From assembly GCA_039915165.1 (NCBI GenBank), contig JBDSNU010000017.1, positions 68,041-119,155 on the forward strand: a DNA stretch of 51,115 nt. The letters run 5' to 3'. The notes below the pieces were generated by a model. The model ran no database searches. It was not told the origin of the DNA and saw nothing but the letters and a program-made list of their open reading frames with translations. Source of the DNA: Minisyncoccota bacterium. GTDB taxonomy: Bacteria > Patescibacteriota > Minisyncoccia > Phycocordibacterales > UBA9973. A program made the position numbers and the translations under genes. Positions 28,385-36,177 of the stretch are shown piece by piece. Position 1 is the first letter of the stretch; each line of letters starts with the position of its first letter.

Positions 28385-29260
28385 TTATTCCGCAGTATTT
28401 TTTCTTGAAAGGTATCCGTAATTTTGAGAATAGACGAAAGTACCTGATGCTCCAATAAAGAAGACTTGTGCAGAGTAGTAAATCCATAATAGTAGGCCAA
28501 CAACTGAACCGGCTGCGCCGTATTCATTTGTACCTGCAAATGAAGTGATGTACCACGATATCAAGAATTTACCGATGAGGAATAGTATAGCGGTGCCAAA
28601 AGCACCAATAACAATTTCTCTATGTGGTAGTTTGGTATCAGGAAGAATTTTGTATATCAAACTAAAGAGTACTGTGGTAATCAATAAGGTAGCAACGATA
28701 TTTATAACCTCAATCAGTAGGCGGTTTTGCAGTAATGCAGGTAATGGGCCTTGATAAAACGACAACAATACGGTGAATGCGACTGAAAACAATAGCAGTA
28801 ATGCACACAATAAGATTAAGAAGAGGGAAATGAAACGCTCTCTAATGAAGTGAAGCACTGTATGTGTTCGACTTTGTGTTAATGGTGCACGACCATCAGG
28901 TAGGCTCCATAGTTCATCGAGGTCATTATTTAGCTCTGCCAATACGCTTAATGCGGCTATAATAAGAACCACCCCGCCGATGATAGTCGCTATAGTTCCA
29001 GCACTCGCAATATAGCTATTATTAATTAATCCTTGAATTACACCGGCTAGGTTTGTACCGATGGTGATATTTAATGTACGACTAATTGCTAGGGCTGTAG
29101 TGTGTCGATCAAAGATTGATCTTACGATAGCAGTAATTAAGATAAATAATGGTGCAACTGAAAAAATTGCATAATAAGAAATCGCTGCCCCCATTCGTGA
29201 CGCGCGCTTGCTTCGCCAATGATCAAATGTTTCTCCAACAAATGTAGTTACCTTATGCAT
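28385..29260 (-). CDS. YihY/virulence factor BrkB family membrane protein
   Basis: GAAISYYAIFSVAP, YKILPD, YGAAGSVVGLLLWIYYSAQVFFIGA; likely start MHKVTT at 29260. Confidence 0.9.
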   Translation of the reverse strand: MHKVTTFVGETFDHWRSKRASRMGAAISYYAIFSVAPLFILITAIVRSIFDRHTTALAISRTLNITIGTNLAGVIQGLINNSYIASAGTIATIIGGVVLIIAALSVLAELNNDLDELWSLPDGRAPLTQSRTHTVLHFIRERFISLFLILLCALLLLFSVAFTVLLSFYQGPLPALLQNRLLIEVINIVATLLITTVLFSLIYKILPDTKLPHREIVIGAFGTAILFLIGKFLISWYITSFAGTNEYGAAGSVVGLLLWIYYSAQVFFIGASGTFVYSQNYGYLSRKNTAE

Positions 29261-29453
29261 CGAGAATAGTATCTTGTTGGTTATCATCGTCACCGATAAT
29301 TCCGTCTTCGAGCTGCTTTTTAGAATCAGCATCAGTTAATTCTTCCTCGGTCTGATTTTTTTCTATAGCATCAATTGGGTTACCGTTTTCGTCTTCTTCA
29401 ACATCGATATCTAGTGTTTCTTCAGGAACATATGTACCATTTTGGTCATCCAT
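29253..29453 (-). CDS. 66-aa very acidic hypothetical protein
   Basis: D/E-rich ORF whose stop overlaps the YihY start (translational coupling). Confidence 0.65.
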   Translation of the reverse strand: MDDQNGTYVPEETLDIDVEEDENGNPIDAIEKNQTEEELTDADSKKQLEDGIIGDDDNQQDTILDA

Positions 29454-29528
29454 AGCATGTAAAATTATTATAATATATTGTTATTATAACACTTTTCTAT
29501 TGTCCCGCTATGTGCTTTAATGGAATAT

Positions 29529-29777
29529 ATGCATGACCATACAAACAGAACACTGATAGTAGTAATGATTATTATTCTAATTTTGATACTAGTAGCGTAC
29601 TTCCTTCCTCGCGGTGGTTATACGGCCTACTATCCAACAACTGTACAGCGTACTACTCCTGTAATCCGCACTACAGTACCAGTTGGTGGAACCCGAACTA
29701 CAACGTATACCACTACTCCTGTTACGACATATCAGGAAACCACAACAACTTCTTCACAAAACTCAGTTACAAATTAA
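29529..29777 (+). CDS. Small single-TM protein with Thr-rich tail
   Basis: Hydrophobic LIVVMIIILILILVAYFL then T-rich low-complexity tail; start 29529 or 29520. Confidence 0.65.
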   Translation: MHDHTNRTLIVVMIIILILILVAYFLPRGGYTAYYPTTVQRTTPVIRTTVPVGGTRTTTYTTTPVTTYQETTTTSSQNSVTN

Positions 29778-31630
29778 TCCTTATAAAATTCTCTTAAAAA
29801 ATGCTGCGTCTTATCTCTCTCCACAAGAGCTCGATCTGCAGATTGTTCTAGGAGGATAAGTAGTGAGTCTAAAAAGGTTACATCAGAAATGACTGTAATC
29901 TTTTTTAGTATTTCTCTCGCTACTCTTATATGTTCAAGAATAGTATGAACAACATTGTCAATATGGATTTCCCAAAAGTGCTCTTGTAACATAGAGATAT
30001 CAAGTGTTTGCAATGCTTGTATCATAGGCGCACTGATGCTGTTAACGAAGCCTTGTTCAATGTCATGGTGCCAGTCATGGGCATCATCATTAAGTTGTTT
30101 TGCGATGAGGTACTGTATGAAAAAATCCTCAATCAATATTGCTTCTTCTTTGTGTCCAAGTTTGTGACAGAGAAGGATAGGACCTATGGCATGTCCAAGT
30201 GACTTCTGTGCCAGAATCTTTTTATCGGCATAGTCCGGGATAGTTGTTGGAACGCTACCATGCTCGATTCGACAATGTGCATATTCCCATTGTGTTGCTT
30301 CATTTATTCCATCTAGTATTCTTTTTACTATTGCATATTCTTCTGTATTGCAAATAATGTGGAGAGTATCGACCATGGCCAGTATACAAATGTTTGCTAA
30401 AGGCAATTGAGATACATAGTCTTCGCCATCAATAATGTGATCATAAATACTATACCCGATCCACCCCAGTGTATTTATAACAGCTAGGTGTTGTATAAGT
30501 TCTTTGGAAATATTCCCTTGACTGATAAGTTTTTCGGCAAACCAATACGACAGTAATTGAATTTCATTTGAAGGATCTTTGGTTGTTAATGCGCCAAGTG
30601 CTTTTTGTAATTGTATTTTAAGCGCTTCATTATCAGTAATTGTAAGGCATGTGGTTGCCATGGTTCCTATAAAAATTTTTTCCTCGATATCAGGCTGAGG
30701 AGAAGAAAGATGGGCAATAGACTTTTGGCTGAATACTGTTAAGGCCTCAATACAGCACATACTGACATATGCATCACAACTGCTATAAGTAGTTGTATTA
30801 TTTACAATACTCTCAATATAGATATCTGTTGCAGGCCACTGGCCCTTAGTATGTGATCGAAGTATATAATCGATCGCTCGTTCAAGTGATTCAAACGGCA
30901 CATCGTTACTCAATAGTATAGTGATTACAAATGCAGTATGTAAAGGAGAGTTCCAGTGGCCGGCACTATTTTGCATTGCCAGAATTTTTTCAATTACGTC
31001 TTTTTTATATATGCCATTATATGTTTTTGTAATGAAATATAAGCGAGTAATTTCATCATGATAATACGTTGATTTTGTACCGATGTGTATAGTGTGGTCG
31101 AAATACGTTTCCAGTGTAGGAAGAGTAATATTCAACATATGTAAAAAAGTAGCAACATTACTGTTTACTACAACATCGCTCTCTTGCCAGACAGGATTCT
31201 TCAGATCAGTAATCCATGTTTTATATGGACCGCCCGGTAGAGTTTCTTGTTGTATTAAAAGTTCAATAAGTCGCGCGACTACTTCTTCTGTGACAAATTC
31301 TGGCGCCGATTTGTATAGTGCTTGCATGGCAACAAAAGTGTCGTCGATATCATCAGGGTAGGGAATGGTGCTGTACTCGGCACTATTTCTTTGCCAATAG
31401 TTTACTGTGTACTGAGGTGAGAGCTGTTGAAGAATACATGCCGCTGCCTTCTTTTGAATCGATGACCATATTGAGTGATCATTACTGGTTGCAGTAGATA
31501 AGATCAGGCTGGTATAAAACGTTGTTGGTTTGCCTGTATTACTTAAAAAACTACCATTAGTTTGTTGTTGCCTGGCAATAAAATCATATGAATCATTAAT
31601 GGTTTGTTGAATGTGTTTGGTCGGTATCAT
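29774..31630 (-). CDS. Fusion of class II terpene-cyclase/prenyltransferase-beta-like (alpha/alpha barrel) domain and class I isoprenoid-synthase/ComQ-like prenyltransferase domain
   Basis: N-half: QW-like repeats (RQQQTNGSF, AMQNSAGHW, YILRSHTKGQW) and YPDDIDDT (DxDD). C-half: IYDHIIDGE (FARM-like), LAQKS, QLNDDAHDWHHDIEQGFVN (SARM-like). Likely start MIPTK at 31630 overlapping the kinase 3' end. Confidence 0.8.
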   Translation of the reverse strand: MIPTKHIQQTINDSYDFIARQQQTNGSFLSNTGKPTTFYTSLILSTATSNDHSIWSSIQKKAAACILQQLSPQYTVNYWQRNSAEYSTIPYPDDIDDTFVAMQALYKSAPEFVTEEVVARLIELLIQQETLPGGPYKTWITDLKNPVWQESDVVVNSNVATFLHMLNITLPTLETYFDHTIHIGTKSTYYHDEITRLYFITKTYNGIYKKDVIEKILAMQNSAGHWNSPLHTAFVITILLSNDVPFESLERAIDYILRSHTKGQWPATDIYIESIVNNTTTYSSCDAYVSMCCIEALTVFSQKSIAHLSSPQPDIEEKIFIGTMATTCLTITDNEALKIQLQKALGALTTKDPSNEIQLLSYWFAEKLISQGNISKELIQHLAVINTLGWIGYSIYDHIIDGEDYVSQLPLANICILAMVDTLHIICNTEEYAIVKRILDGINEATQWEYAHCRIEHGSVPTTIPDYADKKILAQKSLGHAIGPILLCHKLGHKEEAILIEDFFIQYLIAKQLNDDAHDWHHDIEQGFVNSISAPMIQALQTLDISMLQEHFWEIHIDNVVHTILEHIRVAREILKKITVISDVTFLDSLLILLEQSADRALVERDKTQHFLREFYKD

Positions 31631-33058
31631 ATAAGGGTAGCGATATAATAAATTGTGTCCCAGTACCTTGAGTGCTATATACAACTATTGTTCCATTAAA
31701 TTCATCTTCAATAATTTCTTTTGTTTGAGATAATCCAAACCCTGTTCCTTTCTCATATGTTTTGGTGGTGAAAAAGACAGTAAATATATGCTTTTGTGTC
31801 TCCTCACTCATTCCGCACCCATTATCACTAATAGTAATCTGTAACGAATTAGTATCATGATTAATTTCTTGTGAGATGAGAATTTTCCCTGTCGATGCTC
31901 TATCCTCACATGCTTCAATTGCATTCATAAGTATATTCAAGATAGCTTGATAAAACTTAATTGCATTACCTTGAATCGTGATGGTACCACTACTGATGTG
32001 CTGTATTTCTACATTTGCTTCACGTGCTTTATATTGGACCATATCAATAGCATCCAAGATCTCTTGTTCAGGAGAAAAAAGAGTGCAGTCATCTCTAGTG
32101 CTAATTTGTTTTCGCACTGTTTCAATATAACTCCCCATGCGTTTACTGGCAGTCACCGCTTTGGCAATGTGTTCTTTTACTTCCGGCACATGCTCTGGCG
32201 AATGCTCCAGCCGCTCGACATTATTTGCCACACTATGCAGCGAATTCATGAGATCATGAAATATGCCAGTCGAAAGTTTGCCGAATTCTGCAAAACGATA
32301 CAGCTGCGATATTTTTTCTTTTTGTAACTCCTTTAATTCGCTTGTTCGTTCTTCAACCTTGATTTCCAATAGATTTCTTTCTTCCAGTAATGCTTGTTCA
32401 GAAATACGTGCTCTATGTAGCGAGCGTTCCATTTCGCGATTAGAAAGCCAAGAGACAGCAGTAATCACAAACAATACAAAAGATAGTTGAATGGGTTCAT
32501 GCATGGAGATCCAAGCATGCTTCCAAGATAGATTGGCATGAATAATTTTTTCAATTTGTAAATAAGAAACTGAACAGATAGTGGCAATGTTAATAATAGT
32601 TACAATTACAGAAAATCTTGTTGAAACTAAAATACCTGCAAAGACAATAATTAAAACATAACTAATACCTATAAATGGTAACCATATTGACCATTCAATC
32701 GCACCATATGTTGTACCGATAAAATAAATTAATAGAAGTAAAAAACTACTAAGTTTATGGTGTCCCTTACGTGACAATGCAAGCAAACAAATATTATAAT
32801 AAGGAGAGTGAAATAGGTAAACGGAATTCCATCATAAAGTGCACCCTTACTTATTGCTGCAAGTCCAATGTATATGTCTAGTACAATCAATAGTCCAGTT
32901 ATACAACATAATAATGTATTTAGAATAAATTCATTGCGTTTTATGTCCTCATTCTCTGAGTGTGGTTCAATAAATACCGCATACATAAAATGAATACCGT
33001 GCCGAATCCAAGCCTTAATGCTGAAATGGGCTAGACTGTTTCGATGGCGGGTATTCAT
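31596..33058 (-). CDS. Multi-TM sensor histidine kinase, split by an apparent 1-nt frameshift near 32786
   Basis: H-box FHDLMNSL, N-box NILMNAIEA, DNGCGM, FFTTK, GTGFGL, GTQF. ORFs 32729-33058 and 31596-32786 join (..IIFV|LLALSRKG..) if one T is added in TTTGTTTG. Confidence 0.88.
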
Positions 33059-33078
33059 TTTATGTTACTTAAAAAATT

Positions 33079-33195
33079 TTAATTTTCTCCACCTTCCCAG
33101 GGTAAAAAACTCCCTTCAGAATAGGCCGCCTGTTTTGCCTTTTCTGCAGTGCGAGAATGTGGAGTGGTAAGGATGGCTTCAATGACTTTGTTCAT
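33079..33195 (-). CDS. Unannotated 38-aa peptide MNKVIEAILTTPHSRTAEKAKQAAYSEGSFLPWEGGEN, candidate ComX-like pheromone/RiPP precursor
   Basis: Manual translation; fills the regulator-kinase gap on the same strand; TATACT -10 at 33250-33245; single Trp near the C-terminus. Confidence 0.7.
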   Translation of the reverse strand: MNKVIEAILTTPHSRTAEKAKQAAYSEGSFLPWEGGEN

Positions 33196-33216
33196 GCTGT
33201 GATTATTATTAGCTAA

Positions 33217-33288
33217 GAGCTATTCGACTATGTAGCTCAATACTAGTATAGCGAACAGGCGATAAAGGAAATTGTAATATTTTATAAA
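33217..33288 (-). promoter_or_regulatory. Promoter of peptide-kinase-enzyme unit: TATACT -10, no consensus -35, imperfect direct repeats, leader hairpin
   Basis: Minus strand TTATAA-N4-TTACAA-N5-TTTATC upstream of TATACT; GAGCTA-N10-TAGCTC hairpin at 33217-33238. Confidence 0.45.
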
Positions 33289-33963
33289 CTATCTCATTAA
33301 GTCTATCTTATATCCACGACCAGGCACACTGTGGATTAGTTTGGTTTTGTCTGGCATTTCAATTTTCTTTCTTAGATTAAGAATATGTGTCTCAATAGTA
33401 TTTGAAAAAGGGTCTAAGTCAAGGTCCCAGATATGCTCCATGATTTGACCGCGAGTAACAACAACTGACTTATGCTTAAGCATATATTCTAGTAATGAAA
33501 ATTCTTTGCGAGTGAGGTATATGGATTTGCCATCACGGGCAACTGTTTGTTTGGCTGAGTCGAGAATAAGGTCATCGATAGCCATAAGTGAACTTTGTAT
33601 AGTATGTGGGCGACGTAGTACGGCTTGTATACGCGCATGTAATTCTTCAAAAGAAAATGGTTTTGAAACGTAGTCATCTGCTCCAACATTGAGCCCACGA
33701 ACTTTGTAAGGAGTAGAGTCAGATACTGACATCATGATGATCGGCGTAGTATAGTCAGACAATCGCAAATCCTCACACACAGCGAAGCCATTTTTCTCGG
33801 GTAGGGAATAGTCAAGCAATATAAGGTCATACTCATTGGTTTTAGCCAAATAAATTCCTCTGGTTCCAGTGTCAGCAATATCAACAGCAAAGCCTTTTTC
33901 CTTGAGGCGCTCTCTGAGGTAGTCTTGTGTGTCCGGCTGGTCTTCTATAACTAAAATACGCAT
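33289..33963 (-). CDS. OmpR/PhoB-family response regulator
   Basis: MRILVIED, LILLD (phospho-Asp), GADDYVSKPF, LTRKEFSLLEY, IETHILNLRKKI, VPGRGY. Confidence 0.96.
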   Translation of the reverse strand: MRILVIEDQPDTQDYLRERLKEKGFAVDIADTGTRGIYLAKTNEYDLILLDYSLPEKNGFAVCEDLRLSDYTTPIIMMSVSDSTPYKVRGLNVGADDYVSKPFSFEELHARIQAVLRRPHTIQSSLMAIDDLILDSAKQTVARDGKSIYLTRKEFSLLEYMLKHKSVVVTRGQIMEHIWDLDLDPFSNTIETHILNLRKKIEMPDKTKLIHSVPGRGYKIDLMR

Positions 33964-34058
33964 AAATGAGGTGGTATCTTTATTATATGGCAGGTATCGA
34001 TGAATAGCGACTGCGTAATCTGGATAAAGGGTCTATTTCCTTGATCTTTTCTTTATGC

Positions 34059-34119
34059 TTGACAAAAAAGCCACTATTGAATACTATTCGAACAGCTAAT
34101 AGTTAGTTTAGCTAAGTAA
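34059..34119 (+). promoter_or_regulatory. Promoter TTGACA-N17-TACTAT with overlapping MarR-type operators
   Basis: -35 at 34059-34064, -10 at 34082-34087; inverted repeats ACTATT-N9-AATAGT (34083-34103) and ATAGTTAG-N5-CTAAGTAA (34099-34119). Confidence 0.65.
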
Positions 34120-34550
34120 TGGCCACAATACCGACACAATCATTTGATATAAAGGAGTTGCAGGAACTTATTGGTATCTTCAAGAGAACCATGAGTGACT
34201 TATACAAAAAAGAAACAAGCGTACTGCATTGTTCTCTTTCGCATTTGGAAGTAATGCAATTTATTGGCGAACATACCAACCCTTCTATGAAGGATATTGC
34301 GAGTTACCTGCGCATCACACCACCTTCTGTGACTACAATTATCGAAACAATGGTGGAGCAAGGGTTGGTCAAGCGTGATACTGGCTCAGGTGATCGCCGT
34401 ACTATTCATGTAGTATTGACTCCCAAAGCAGTGAAGCTTTCAACCACACTGCGTGCAAAAAAAAAGGCCATGCTTACGCTTATGCTAAAGAAATTAAGCG
34501 CTGAACAAAAACAACAGTTATCAGATATTATTAAAGCTCTCGTCAAATAA
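34119..34550 (+). CDS. MarR-family transcriptional regulator
   Basis: SMKDIASYLRITPPSVTTIIETMVEQGLVKR...DRR..HVVLT. Confidence 0.93.
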   Translation: MATIPTQSFDIKELQELIGIFKRTMSDLYKKETSVLHCSLSHLEVMQFIGEHTNPSMKDIASYLRITPPSVTTIIETMVEQGLVKRDTGSGDRRTIHVVLTPKAVKLSTTLRAKKKAMLTLMLKKLSAEQKQQLSDIIKALVK

Positions 34551-34552
34551 AT

Positions 34553-35536
34553 ATGAAATCAATTTTTAATACACCTAAAATAATTATCCCACTGGTGGCA
34601 ATTATTGCTATCGTTGCCGGAGTAGTTGCATTCCGCACAGTAGGCAAGGCGCCTATAGTAAACCTTCCTGCAGTTTCTGAAGTTACTGCTTCTGGAACTA
34701 TCGTTACTAATTCATCCGACAATACAGTTGATCTGGCATTTCCGAAAAGTGGACGTGTAGCATCTGTATCAGTAAAAGTAGGTGATCATGTTGTTGCTGG
34801 TCAAACGCTGGCAGCACTTGATGCTGGCGATGCAGCAGGAGTAGTAACACAGGCAAAAGGGGCACTTGAACTCGCAGAAGCACAATATGCTTCTCAAGAT
34901 GTGCAATACGCCAATGCAAAGAAACAGCAAGATGTACTTGTACAGAATGCTCTTCGTACTGTTCGATCAAGTGGAATTGTTGCAACGCCTACAGTTCAGG
35001 ATGACAGTCACATTCCGCTTATCACAGGTACATATACCTGTAGTGCAGAAGGATCATATGTAATAACCCCATATCCATCTGGTGCTAACTCAGGATTCTC
35101 ATTTACCTATAGCGGTCTTGAAAGTGGTAGTGGAGTAGTAACATTTAGTACACCTCAGCCACTTGGTTCTTGTGGTCTATATGTACAGTTCACTCAAGGG
35201 TTTGCTGGCGCAACGAAATGGACTATTGATGTTCCAAATACAAAGTCAGCTACCTATGTAACTAATAAAAACAATTATGATCTTGCTGTAACGACTCGCG
35301 ATCAAGTGCTTAGTCAATTTGCAGCAAACCTTGGACAAAATGGTTCATCTGCTGCGAATACTGCAAAGGCTGCTATTGATACTGCGCGTGGCGTATATCA
35401 GGCCGCACTAGGCGCATACAAAAACAATGTCATCGTTGCTCCTACAAGCGGCACAGTATCGTTCATTGATGCAGATCTAAAAGCTGGGCAGTCAGTTACT
35501 CAGAGCAAAACAGTTATCAGTCTTACTACAAAATAA
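34553..35536 (+). CDS. HlyD/membrane-fusion-like protein with inserted disulfide-containing beta domain
   Basis: N-terminal TM, LAFPKSGRVASVSVKVGDHV lipoyl half, coiled coil, C-terminal IVAPTSGTV; insert with two Cys. Confidence 0.8.
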   Translation: MKSIFNTPKIIIPLVAIIAIVAGVVAFRTVGKAPIVNLPAVSEVTASGTIVTNSSDNTVDLAFPKSGRVASVSVKVGDHVVAGQTLAALDAGDAAGVVTQAKGALELAEAQYASQDVQYANAKKQQDVLVQNALRTVRSSGIVATPTVQDDSHIPLITGTYTCSAEGSYVITPYPSGANSGFSFTYSGLESGSGVVTFSTPQPLGSCGLYVQFTQGFAGATKWTIDVPNTKSATYVTNKNNYDLAVTTRDQVLSQFAANLGQNGSSAANTAKAAIDTARGVYQAALGAYKNNVIVAPTSGTVSFIDADLKAGQSVTQSKTVISLTTK

Positions 35537-35540
35537 ATTT

Positions 35541-36176
35541 ATGGAACAAACTAAAAAAGAAGGTATTTTTTCAAAACCATGGGTGCAGAGCCTTGTCGGC
35601 GTTATCGTCATTGTACTCGCACTTATTGGAGTATTAGTATGGAAGTCTCTTACATCTCATGTATCAATTGATAAGTCCCAGATCACCGCACCAACTATTA
35701 CCATCGGTCCAGAAGTATCTGGTATCTTGGCAGAAGTATATGTAAAACCAGGAGACTTGGTTACAGTAGACGAACCCATTGCTCGTGTTGGTAGTGAAAT
35801 CTTGTCTGCCAAAATTGCCGGTATTGTCATCACTACACAAAACACACCCGGACAAGTATTTGCTCCCGGTATGCCAGTGGTAACAATGATTGACCCAACT
35901 GCATTGCGTGTTGTTGGAACTATTGCTGAAGATAAAGGTCTTTCAGATCTCAAGATTGGTCAGCCAATAACATTTACAGTGGACGCATATGGTAGTCAGA
36001 AATTCACTGGAATCATTGACGAGATCAGTCCTACTTCAAATGATTCAGGTGTTGCATTTACTATTTCTGATCAGCGCGAAACAAAGAACTTCACAGTGAA
36101 GGCACGCTTTGATGTTAGTGCTCATCCTGAATTTAAGAACGGCATGTCAGCTAAGATGACTGTCTATATAAAGTAA
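35541..36176 (+). CDS. Short EmrA/HlyD-family membrane fusion protein (no helical hairpin)
   Basis: TM, SGILAEVYVKPGDLV joined directly to LSAKIAGIV, beta-barrel LKIGQPITFTVDAY. Confidence 0.85.
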   Translation: MEQTKKEGIFSKPWVQSLVGVIVIVLALIGVLVWKSLTSHVSIDKSQITAPTITIGPEVSGILAEVYVKPGDLVTVDEPIARVGSEILSAKIAGIVITTQNTPGQVFAPGMPVVTMIDPTALRVVGTIAEDKGLSDLKIGQPITFTVDAYGSQKFTGIIDEISPTSNDSGVAFTISDQRETKNFTVKARFDVSAHPEFKNGMSAKMTVYIK

Positions 36177-36177
36177 T

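Noticed and set aside
29774-31630. Ordinary squalene-hopene cyclase or plain polyprenyl synthase
   Set aside because: Only about 300 aa of barrel precede a separate class I domain, no hopanoid genes are nearby, the RRG loop after the first Asp-rich motif is absent, and the gene overlaps a sensor kinase.
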